Shown in pieces: positions 1 through 9,200 of a DNA stretch of 37,626 bases (within the stretch, counting starts at the first letter, position 1; the number at the start of each line of letters is the position of its first letter). Source of the DNA: a virus (Duplodnaviria > Caudoviricetes); the IMG/VR virus record IMGVR_UViG_3300012953_004257, positions 1 to 37,626 of that record; one strand, given 5' to 3'. Made by a program: the position numbers and the translations under genes. Below the pieces are notes generated by a model. It saw only the letters and a list, made by a program, of their open reading frames with translations. It ran no database searches and had not been told where the DNA came from.

Positions 1-2
1 AG

Positions 3-3000
3 AACCTTACCTGCATTAGCATTGGTGATTGTAACGGTGTCTGTGATTAGATATCCAGAACCACCTGCATTTACTGCAGCAGCAGTAATGTTTCCATCAG
101 AATCAACTGTAGTATTAACAGTCAAACTAGATCCAGTTCCACCAGAAGTTGCGACTCCTGTTCCTGCTGTGAATCCCCCGCCACCACCAACACTGACTCC
201 TGTTGTGACAACTGCACCTGGTGTTGGATCTCCACTAAGTCCTAGTGTAAGTGTAGTTGATGTAGCAAGGTTGTTTAACATTGCTCTTAATTGTTCAAAA
301 GCATTATCAAGTTTTGTTTGAACTCTTGCTTCTGTATAGTATTGATTCGTACCTTCAGATAGATTTGTTGTAGATTTACTGGATAGATCTAAGTTTGCAC
401 CAGTCTGTAAGTTAACTCTTGCATCAGCACGAGTGTTATTAAAGAATAATTTTGTAGATCCTTCTGTTACATTATCAGTATTGATATCTGCCTGAGTAAC
501 AGAAAGTTCACCACTACCAGACAACGCAATACCTGTTCCGTAAGTAAAGTGTGTCCTTGATCGAACAGCAGTGGTGAACAAGTTGCTCGATCCTTCAGTT
601 ATTGTATCAGTATTAACGTCTGCTTGAGTAACAGATAGTGTATATGTATTTGCAGAATCATCGTAAACCTTAGTGATACCAGTTCCTGCTGTAATAAGAG
701 CATTAACTCTGTCATCAACTCTCTCATCTGTATAGAATAGTTTAGATCCTTCAACGATACTTCCTGTGTCAAATTCTGTGAAATCTATTGCTAGAGTAGC
801 AGAGGTAAGTTTGATACCTGTGCCATATGTAAAGTGAGTTCTAGTTCTAGTAGCAGTTGTGAATAGATTTGTTGATCCTTCAGTTACGTTATCAGTGTTA
901 ACGTCTGCCTGTGTAACTGATAATGTGTAAGTATTAGCAGAGTCATCATATACTCTAGTAATACCAGTTCCTGCAACGATTAAAGCATTGACTCTATCGT
1001 CAACTCTTTCATTAGTAAAGTATAGATTTGTTGATCCTTCAGATAATGCATCAGTATCATGGTTTGCAATACTAGAAACTGTTCCAGTTACATTACCAGT
1101 TAATGCAGCAGTAATAGTTCCTGCAGCAAAGTTACCAGACGCATCTCTGATTACTAGGTTGTTTGCAGAATTAGTAGATGCACTAGCAACGTTAATTGTA
1201 GTATTACCAGAAACGCCATCAGCGTTAGTAAGCGTAATTCCAGACGATGCGGTGACTTGGAGAGTTCTTTGGGCATAAGTGTTAGCAGCAGTTCGTACGA
1301 CATAACCAGTTCCACTCATCCCTGCTAAAGCAGTGATGTCGGCATCAGCATAAGTTGTTGTAATTGTTGGAGCAGAACTTCCATCTACAGATACTGAACC
1401 TAAAACGACACCTGCAAGAGTAAATGTTCTAGCAGTCTTCCATGCATCAGCAGTGGATGCATTTCCTAAGAAACCTGCACCAGATCCTGCAGCACTAGCA
1501 GCAGTGATTTGATTAGCAGCAAAGTCACCAGATGAGTCACGATTAACAACTGTAGAGACTGTTGCAGCAGTCGCAGTTGTCATACCATCTAGTAAGTCTG
1601 CGTTAAGATTGTTGATCTTATCTGTTGTAGGAATAACAAGAGCAGGACCAGAAGATACTTGAGATATAATTTGACCATCTACTGTTGCTGTTCCATCAAC
1701 ATTTAAATTATTATCAATGTCAACAGATGTACCTGCACCTGTTACATGAATAGAACCGACTCTTAAAGCACCATCTGTGCCTCCTAAAACTTCTGAAGTA
1801 TTAGTTGCACTTGTTAGGAATGCGAATTCGGATGATGATCTGTCAAAACCAAAGAAACCAATTTTAGCAGAACCATCGTAGTAACGAAATTCCACACCTC
1901 TATCCTTACCATCGTTAGACGCGGGTGCTGTGTCACCACCAACAGTAATGATAGGGTCATCGATTGTTGTGACCGTAGAGTTGACTGTAGTTGTTGTTCC
2001 ATTGACTGTTAAGTTACCTGTGACTACAAGATCAGACTGCAGTGCAGCATCACCTGCAACAGTTAGTTGACCTTGAGATACTACATTACCATTATCAGTG
2101 TCTACTGTGAACTTGTCAGCAGCAGAACCGTTCTGTATTTTAAAGAATTTATTATCTGCAGTGATAGTAACATCATCATGAGTTACTAAAGCACCAGATA
2201 TATCAGCACTATTATTAAGATCAAGAGCACCAGTAAGTTCAGTTCCACCATAAACTCTTAATCCTTCACCAACAGCAAGGTTCTTACCGATACCTGCACC
2301 ACCAGTTAGTTTGAATGCACCATCAGCAGCATAAGATCCAGTCAGAGTTTGCTGAGTGTTTCTTGTTAAGGTTACAACGTTAGAAACACCAAGAGTATTA
2401 TTAATTTGAGTTGCATCACCAACTGTTAATGTTCCAATAATATTTGTATTACCGTTATCAGTATCTACTGTGAACTTATCAACTGCAGATCCATTTTGAA
2501 TAGCAAATTCTTTATTAGCATCATTAATTAATAAACCAGATGTAATTGTAACAGCTTCGTCTACAGTCAGTGTGCCATCAATAACTGTATTACCAGTTGC
2601 AACAGCAACAGTAAACTTGTTTGTGCCAATATCAAAGTTTCCATCAATTCCTACAGCACTTGTTACATCTAGAGTTCCCCCTATTACTGTATTACCAGTA
2701 GCATTAGCAACTGTAAACTTATCTGTTGTTCCATTTCTGACTGCAAATGCTGCATCAACATCTACAGTTCCGTTGAATTCGGAGTTACCAGTTACTGTAA
2801 GTTGTGCACCAAGTGTTGTATTATTATCAACATTAAGAGTGCTATTTAATTCTGTGTGACCATCAGCAGTTAGTGAACCTTCTATGTTAGTGTTACCTGA
2901 GGCAGCAGTAACAAAGAACTTATCAGTTGTTCCTGATCTAACTGCAAAGTCACCGTCTTGATCTAAAGTTCCGTTGAAGTTTACATTATCATTAACAGTC

Positions 3001-5705
3001 AGTGTACCTTCGATAGTTGTGTTACCAGTTGCACCAATAACGCTAAACTTCTCAGTATCACCACTTTCTTTTTTACCAACAGAGAATCTTTCACCAGATC
3101 CAGTAGCACCAACATACAAAGATTTCATAATACCTGCACCACCATGTGCTTTTAAGGTGGAAGTATTATGAGATGCGTAGGAAGGAGATGCTTGATAACT
3201 GTCACCAAAACGACCTCTGTATCTAACTCTCAACCAGTTCAATCTAGATTCAGTTTCTGTTGCACTATCCTTAATCTCAAGAGGACCGTTAACGTGTAAC
3301 GTACCATCAATCAGAGCAGAACCTGCAACGTATGCACCACCGTCAACTCTTAATGAACCATAATCATTTGATTGGATCTCCCAAGCACCAGATGTTCCGT
3401 TCTTGGCAGTAGTAATATCATTTGTGCTTTCTGAGTGAATGTTACCTGCAATTGTAACGTCACTGTTAGCATCTACAACACCAGTGACTGTAAGAATACC
3501 ACCAATTTCAGCATTACCTGTAGTGGTATGCATTTGAATTTTAGTTGTGCCACTACCATTATTCAATGATAATGTCTTAGAAGCACCTTGGAATACAATA
3601 TTATCATCAAATCTACTTGTAGAATTAGCACGGAATGTGCCATCTACATCTAATAATCCACCAATATTAACATCATCTCCAATACCTGCACCACCTGCAA
3701 CTACTAAATCTCCAGTAGTATTAGATGTTGAGTTTGTATTTGTTGTAAGTTTTAAGTTACCTGCAGTTATACCACTCGCTGTCCCCGCAAAAACTTCTGA
3801 GGTATTAGTGGCATCGTGTAAGAATGTGAATCCTCCGACGTGTCCTCCGAGGTCTGTGTAGTTATCATCGTAACCAAAGAATCCAACTCTTGCTTGACTG
3901 TCGTAATATCTGAATTCAACTCCACGGTCTTTATTGTCATCACTACCTGGAGCAGTATCACCACCAAGAGTAATAATGGGATCATCAACTGTTGTAACTG
4001 TTGAATTAATTGTTGTAGTCGTTCCATCTACCTGTAAGTCTCCCATTATTTGAACTTTACCACTTACTGCTCTGTCATCACCAGGATCCAAGATCATGGT
4101 AGCAGCAGAGGAAGCAATATAATCCCCTTGGAAGTATGTGTCTTCTACTTGGACTTTACCCGCAGCATTTGATGCAGTGATTGTAACTGTATTTTCTGCA
4201 GTTACTACAACACCACTATTACCAGAACCAGAGTTAGTTGCTAATATACTTAATGTTCTAGCAGAAGATGAGTTCTGTGTAGTCTGGAATGTTAAATTAC
4301 CGTCTCCAGTCTTGTCTAAAGTTTGTGCAACAGAACCGTCAAGTGTAATATCAGGATCACTAAAGTAAGAACGTACGTTTACATCTATCTCACCTGCACC
4401 ACTATCACCAGTATTATTAGCAGCGAATAGTAAATTTCCTGAGGTATTATTAATCTTAACAAAATTTAATTTATTAAAACCTGTATTAGCGGTAGAAGTT
4501 GTAAGTTCGTTATCTAATTCAAAATTTTCAACAGCATTACCATCTGTGAAAATAAGTTTATTGTTTTGTAATTGAGTATTATCTACACCTGCTAATGCAA
4601 TACTTACATGACCTCCTGCAGTTACATCGAAATCCTCCTGTGCAAAAGAAGCCAATCCCTTCTGCTCTGTGGTCTCGGCAGCGAGATATCTCCACCCGCC
4701 AGTGTCACCACTACTATGAGTAGGAGCACCTGCACCTGCAGAAATAGATTGTAATGCCTGATATACCTTAGAGGCATTCTTAATAATGTCATACCTAACG
4801 TATGCTGTACCTGCTGCATAATCTAGTGCAGTTGTTCCTTCAACTGCTGTAGCGATTGGTACATTTGTCGCAGATGTTAGTCTACCGTAAGCATCAACTG
4901 TGAATTTAGAAGCGTTAACTGTCTGCGTGCCAAAGGGTTCGCCACTTCCACCTGCTCCTGATACAGATGTCAGGGATTCCGTATTATAGTTACCTGCTGT
5001 AACAGCAGTAGTGATCATATCAATGGTTGGGTTACCAGATATACCTGCACCTTCGTTTACAGAAATTCTTGTAGCAGTTCCAGTAATAGTTCTAGTTGCT
5101 ACGGTATTAGCAGCAGTTCTGGAAATTATACCAGTAGTAGTAAGAGCTGCAAGTGCAACAAGGTCTAAGTCATATGGTTGAGCAGAAGATCCTTCTACAG
5201 TTCCATTAAGATTATAGTCTGCAAGTGTTGTTGGATTTGAAGCATTTTTAATTCTACCTTTTGCATCAACTTCTACTTTTGTATAGGTTGCTGTAGGAGA
5301 TGATGAACCATCGTAATGTGGGAGAGTTGCAACAAGTGCTAATTCAGATGATAAGTTTAAGTTACCAGAACCATCAAATACACCAGAAGCGGTAATCTCA
5401 TTGGATAATTGAATCTGTCTAGATGAAGCAAGTCTAGATGCAGTAGATGCATTACCAATAATAGTTGATGTGATCGTACCTGCAGAGAAGTTACCATCAG
5501 CATCTCTTTGAACTAAAGTATTTGCAGTATTAGATGTAGATTCTACAGGACGTTCGTATCTTAAAGTATTCCATGCGGAAACTCCATCACCAATCTTGAA
5601 CCTTCCAGTATCAAGTTCGACGCCAAGTTCACCTTGTGCAAGAGTGGGATTTGAGTTCGCCCATTCCTGTGCGCCACCTCTTCTTAATTGTAGTCTGTTT
5701 GCCAT
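3..5705 (-). CDS. Long tail fibre / receptor-binding fibre protein with N-terminal Mtd_N-like anchor domain; partial, 3' end beyond the left window edge (>=1901 aa)
   Basis: ATG at 5705-5703 translates MANRLQLRRGGAQEWANSNPTLAQGELGVELDTGRFKIGDGVSAWNTLRY, the hallmark of the Mtd_N/hyaluronidase-type N-terminal fibre domain. My manual translation stays in the same frame at the window edge (...GGSGYLITDTVTITNANAGKV) and showed no stop in the stretches read. G/T/S/A-rich with fibre-type repeats. Absent from the ORF track, presumably because no stop lies in the window. Confidence 0.88.
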   Translation of the reverse strand, partial: MANRLQLRRGGAQEWANSNPTLAQGELGVELDTGRFKIGDGVSAWNTLRYERPVESTSNTANTLVQRDADGNFSAGTITSTIIGNASTASRLASSRQIQLSNEITASGVFDGSGNLNLSSELALVATLPHYDGSSSPTATYTKVEVDAKGRIKNASNPTTLADYNLNGTVEGSSAQPYDLDLVALAALTTTGIISRTAANTVATRTITGTATRISVNEGAGISGNPTIDMITTAVTAGNYNTESLTSVSGAGGSGEPFGTQTVNASKFTVDAYGRLTSATNVPIATAVEGTTALDYAAGTAYVRYDIIKNASKVYQALQSISAGAGAPTHSSGDTGGWRYLAAETTEQKGLASFAQEDFDVTAGGHVSIALAGVDNTQLQNNKLIFTDGNAVENFELDNELTTSTANTGFNKLNFVKINNTSGNLLFAANNTGDSGAGEIDVNVRSYFSDPDITLDGSVAQTLDKTGDGNLTFQTTQNSSSARTLSILATNSGSGNSGVVVTAENTVTITASNAAGKVQVEDTYFQGDYIASSAATMILDPGDDRAVSGKVQIMGDLQVDGTTTTINSTVTTVDDPIITLGGDTAPGSDDNKDRGVEFRYYDSQARVGFFGYDDNYTDLGGHVGGFTFLHDATNTSEVFAGTASGITAGNLKLTTNTNSTSNTTGDLVVAGGAGIGDDVNIGGLLDVDGTFRANSTSRFDDNIVFQGASKTLSLNNGSGTTKIQMHTTTGNAEIGGILTVTGVVDANSDVTIAGNIHSESTNDITTAKNGTSGAWEIQSNDYGSLRVDGGAYVAGSALIDGTLHVNGPLEIKDSATETESRLNWLRVRYRGRFGDSYQASPSYASHNTSTLKAHGGAGIMKSLYVGATGSGERFSVGKKESGDTEKFSVIGATGNTTIEGTLTVNDNVNFNGTLDQDGDFAVRSGTTDKFFVTAASGNTNIEGSLTADGHTELNSTLNVDNNTTLGAQLTVTGNSEFNGTVDVDAAFAVRNGTTDKFTVANATGNTVIGGTLDVTSAVGIDGNFDIGTNKFTVAVATGNTVIDGTLTVDEAVTITSGLLINDANKEFAIQNGSAVDKFTVDTDNGNTNIIGTLTVGDATQINNTLGVSNVVTLTRNTQQTLTGSYAADGAFKLTGGAGIGKNLAVGEGLRVYGGTELTGALDLNNSADISGALVTHDDVTITADNKFFKIQNGSAADKFTVDTDNGNVVSQGQLTVAGDAALQSDLVVTGNLTVNGTTTTVNSTVTTIDDPIITVGGDTAPASNDGKDRGVEFRYYDGSAKIGFFGFDRSSSEFAFLTSATNTSEVLGGTDGALRVGSIHVTGAGTSVDIDNNLNVDGTATVDGQIISQVSSGPALVIPTTDKINNLNADLLDGMTTATAATVSTVVNRDSSGDFAANQITAASAAGSGAGFLGNASTADAWKTARTFTLAGVVLGSVSVDGSSAPTITTTYADADITALAGMSGTGYVVRTAANTYAQRTLQVTASSGITLTNADGVSGNTTINVASASTNSANNLVIRDASGNFAAGTITAALTGNVTGTVSSIANHDTDALSEGSTNLYFTNERVDDRVNALIVAGTGITRVYDDSANTYTLSVTQADVNTDNVTEGSTNLFTTATRTRTHFTYGTGIKLTSATLAIDFTEFDTGSIVEGSKLFYTDERVDDRVNALITAGTGITKVYDDSANTYTLSVTQADVNTDTITEGSSNLFTTAVRSRTHFTYGTGIALSGSGELSVTQADINTDNVTEGSTKLFFNNTRADARVNLQTGANLDLSSKSTTNLSEGTNQYYTEARVQTKLDNAFEQLRAMLNNLATSTTLTLGLSGDPTPGAVVTTGVSVGGGGGFTAGTGVATSGGTGSSLTVNTTVDSDGNITAAAVNAGGSGYLITDTVTITNANAGKV
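330..1060 (-). repeat. Tandem protein-level repeats (T-D-x-x-x-EGS-x-N/K-L-Y/F) in the tail fibre, about six copies arranged as a ~95-aa double unit
   Basis: EG(S) cores at ~1040, 880, 752, 595, 464 and 356. ERVDDRVNALIxAGTGIxxVYDDSANTYTLSVTQADVNTD occurs twice about 285-288 nt apart. Confidence 0.85.
2050..3070 (-). repeat. Beta-strand fibre-shaft repeats (D/E-KF-x-V-x-x-x-x-GN-T-x-I-x-G-x-L-x-V)
   Basis: EKFSVIGATGNTTIEGTLTV, DKFFVTAASGNTNIEGSLTA, DKFTVANATGNTVIGGTLDV, NKFTVAVATGNTVIDGTLTV, DKFTVDTDNGNTNIIGTLTV, DKFTVDTDNGNVVSQGQLTV read from the minus strand. Confidence 0.8.
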
Positions 5706-5742
5706 TTTTTACGACAAGTCTATGAGATTATGCTTCGTTTAT

Positions 5743-5750
5743 TATTTATG
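5743..5750 (-). promoter_or_regulatory. T4-type late promoter (CATAAATA) upstream of the tail fibre gene
   Basis: Plus strand tatttatg at 5743-5750 = CATAAATA on minus. It is intergenic, 37 nt upstream of the ATG at 5705, and matches the gp55-dependent TATAAATA/NATAAATA consensus. Confidence 0.75.
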
Positions 5751-5752
5751 CT

Positions 5753-5778
5753 AAAAAAAGAGGGGGACTGTGCCCCCT
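5753..5778 (-). terminator. Rho-independent terminator
   Basis: Minus strand reads AGGGGG-CACAGT-CCCCCT-C-TTTTTTT: a 6-bp GC-rich stem, 6-nt loop and 7-U tract, starting 4 nt after the stop of the 72-aa ORF. Confidence 0.85.
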
Positions 5779-5782
5779 TCAA

Positions 5783-6001
5783 CTATTCCTCAGTTTTTGG
5801 ATCGGGAGGAGTCGAAGCTGTCTCTTCCTCTTCTTTAGGATTGAAATATTCTAGTGTTTCAATAGCACCTAATAGTTTAAGTGCAGTCACCTCATTTTCT
5901 TTAATTTTGGCAGACAATTGTTGATTGTCTTCAATCAACTTTTGATACCTCTCTTTAAATTGAGAATGCATCTCTTCTTGTGATACTTTTTCAACAGTCA
6001 T
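5783..6001 (-). CDS. Small coiled-coil hypothetical protein (72 aa)
   Basis: ORF track. Heptad-like E/K/Q-rich helix (…YQKLIEDNQQLSAKIKENEVTALKLLGAIETLEY…) with an acidic tail. TAATG stop/start overlap with the upstream ORF, followed by a terminator. Confidence 0.85.
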   Translation of the reverse strand: MTVEKVSQEEMHSQFKERYQKLIEDNQQLSAKIKENEVTALKLLGAIETLEYFNPKEEEETASTPPDPKTEE

Positions 6002-6228
6002 TATGATGTTTGGTTTTGGACTAACGTTAGTAAGAGTGATTTAATTTCACCCATATCTGATTTTAACTCAGAAACTTCATTTTGTAAAGTGTTAAATTCA
6101 TCTTTTTTAATTTGTTCTGCTTTATGGGCAGCCATATATTTTTGATAAAAAGATGCATCAGCACACTGCACGGAACCCGCTTTGGAATCCCTAAACCAGT
6201 TTGCTTTGTCTTTGACAGGAATTTTCAT
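6001..6228 (-). CDS. Small hypothetical protein with C-terminal coiled coil (75 aa), of the kind found downstream of VrlC in T4-like marine phages
   Basis: ORF track. FRDSKAGSV…Y..Y followed by LQNEVSELKSDMGEIKSLLLTL. TAATG overlaps at both ends indicate translational coupling. Confidence 0.85.
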   Translation of the reverse strand: MKIPVKDKANWFRDSKAGSVQCADASFYQKYMAAHKAEQIKKDEFNTLQNEVSELKSDMGEIKSLLLTLVQNQTS

Positions 6229-9200
6229 TATACAGCAAGAGCAATTGCTCTAAGATCTTTGATGATCGGCACTAATGCCTGATTAGGAGAAACAAACACT
6301 ACCTTAATTTGATATTGATCGAAACTCAAACCAGATACTTCATATTCATAAGACTTGTAAATCTCTCTTTCTGAAGTTGCTGGAATCTTAGCACCTGTTG
6401 TTGGGAAGAAGTCAAATCCCAGTTGTTCTATAGGAACAGAAGATCCAACAGGACGTACTCTATATAGCACCTTGATCTCACTGTTGGGTGGGCGATATCC
6501 CGCAAAGTAAAGTTTGATGGAACCAGAAGGATTAGTTAAGGTAGCAACTCTAGTAATGTATACCGCATCATGTCCATCACCAACTGCTAGTTTTGCAGTA
6601 TTAGGATCTGCAGGAGAATTAACACGATTAGATACTAAAGTAGCAGATAGTCTATCTGTGTCAATAACAGGAGAAATAGTAGTTTTCTCGGAAGTCATTG
6701 TAAGATCCATTCTGAATGATTTAGAACCGCTAAGTTCAGATGACTCATTAATAGCAGAACATACTAATTGAGGAGTAGTTAAATCATTACTTATACCCAA
6801 TATTATATCAGAAAATACACCGTCATTAGAGAATGATGCCTGAGATAATGTATTACTATCATTGATAGACGTACCAGTAATTGTATTAATTCTAGCAGTA
6901 ATATCAGTCTTAGGAAGCAGCATCCTTTGAATCTGAGGAACCAGAGTGCTGTATTGAATATTCTGTGTTGCTATAATACCTCTTCCTCCGCCAAGAATTC
7001 CTAATCTACCAATAGAGGTTGTAGAAATTTCGTAGTAATCTAAAGTAGTAGTTCCAAGTCCTGCATGAGTTTTATTAATCTCTGTTAAAGGAATACCATC
7101 AAGGTTGTAGCAATTAACTACAGATTCATCTGCATGAGATACTGCACTTGTTCCATCAAGACCACGATCTTTTACAGTGATAGTCTTATTGTCACTAGAG
7201 ATAGCACTGTATGACATAATTTCATTGTTGATCTTAATATAACCAACATTACTTGTGCCAATAGCAGAACCATTAATTAGTTTATGGAATGCAGTAGCAT
7301 CTCCAACAGCAACACTAGTGTCTGAGGCAGAGATAGATGCAGTTAGAGCAGTATCAGAAACTTCGGAAACAGCACCTTCAATAATTACATTATTGGATGC
7401 ACTATGCATACAATGATTACTATGATAAACACGAATCTTTCTTTGTGATGTTGAATAGGTTGGTGTTCCTGTTGGGTATGAAGCAGCTATTGCAGCAGAT
7501 TCAACAGCATCTCCACTGTATGTGATACTGCTAACTGTTGCAGTTTTTGTTGAAGTTCCACCAGTAATAGTTTCTGATGATGGAGTAAACGCAGAAGACA
7601 CATACTTAAGTGTCAATGTATTTGTTCCAGTAGTCCAAGTTACAACTTCTGCAGTAGGAGCAGTAGAAGAGTTACCTGTAATTGTTTCACCGACTGTAAA
7701 GTCACCAGACGCACCAGTAACAACCATAGTTGCTAATGTTTTAGAAGAAACAATACGGTTAGCAATTGTTCCACCTGTATTAGAACCCGCAGCCCAACTT
7801 CCACTAATATCATTAATTGTTAATTGAACACCACCAGATATCACAGTTCTTGCAGTAATCGTACCCTCTGCTAAAGTAGTCTTTTGATAGATACGAGAAC
7901 CAACTGTGTATGGTAATGTTGTGGAGTTAAGTGTAAGAACCAACTCTGGTTGGAATGTTTGAATAGCATCAGGACGAAGTGTCAACTTACCACCATTTCC
8001 TCTACCAAGAGCTGCGTTATTTAATACCAGTTTAGTCTGTCCAGTATTATCGAACGATGCAGCATTAATAATAAACTTAAGATCTTCATACTGGTCAGCA
8101 GTCCATGTCGATGCGTTCTGTGATTTGAATAAAACACCTGCATATGGTTGCTCAGATATAGTTCTATCTCCTGTTATATCGATCTCACCCATTCTAGAAA
8201 TCCAAATCTGATAAGAATTGGAGTCTGAAAGGAGAACAAAACAATGTTCTTGAGATTGAGGAATGAATACTGGAGCATCAAATGTAAATCTAGTTGCAAC
8301 AGCAGCAGATTCAGATAACTGAACTGAATCAGGTTCTAAAGTTACATCAGAGAAAGGCAAGATAGTTGTTGTAGGATATCCATTTTCCATTGTTCTGATT
8401 TGCATGGAAACAGGAATATTAGTATCTTTCTTAAAGAAGTAAACATCAACAGAAGTAATAAAACGACCACCAGTTTCATCTACAATAAATGATTGTGCGA
8501 GAGGGTCATACCAACCAACCTGTCTAGTTTCAGTTCTAGTTGTAGTGATTGTCTGTTCTTGAGTTTGTGTATCCATAACCATTTCTGCGTTACGAATCGC
8601 TAGTATATTTTCTTGAACAGTATTCAACGTACCTCTTGCTTCATATTGTGCTTGAGCAGAAGATGCTACTGCACCTGCAAGACGTGAATCAGTATCAGAA
8701 GTAGAAAGTCTTAAAGTTCTAGTTCCTGTTGCCCATCTTGGATTAGTATCATTACCAGGATTAGGAATAAAGAATGATGCTTTCATTTTACCGAATCTGT
8801 CGCTAATCAATCTACGATCTTTAACAACAGCACGAGCACCAGAGGTTCCAACTAAAACTTCTTGAACCTGCATGTTTCCATAGAAATCACCAATCGCTTG
8901 TTTAGAAAGTTCACCAGTATCGATATTCAAAAATGCAGTTGTAGATGCATATGAAGTAGGAAGTGCGGTATCATCATATGGATTAAACTTGAAGAAATCA
9001 TCAGGGGCAGCAACTTTAAACTTACAACCACTGGTCTCACCAGTTACAGTTTCACCAATAACAAAAGGTGTAGAGTTTGTTCTACTATCAACTGTAGGAT
9101 CTTTGATAATTTCAATAATTTTAGGAATTTGATATTCAATAGTTGCCTTTCCATCAAAGAATGAATAGAAACGAGTTCTTGGTTTTAGACGAGCAACGTC

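Noticed and set aside
5550-5705. Diversity-generating retroelement suggested by the Mtd-like N-terminus
   Set aside because: Mtd_N is only an anchor domain. I saw no reverse transcriptase and no near-identical TR/VR pair differing at adenines in the window. The fibre C-terminus is outside, so it cannot be fully excluded.
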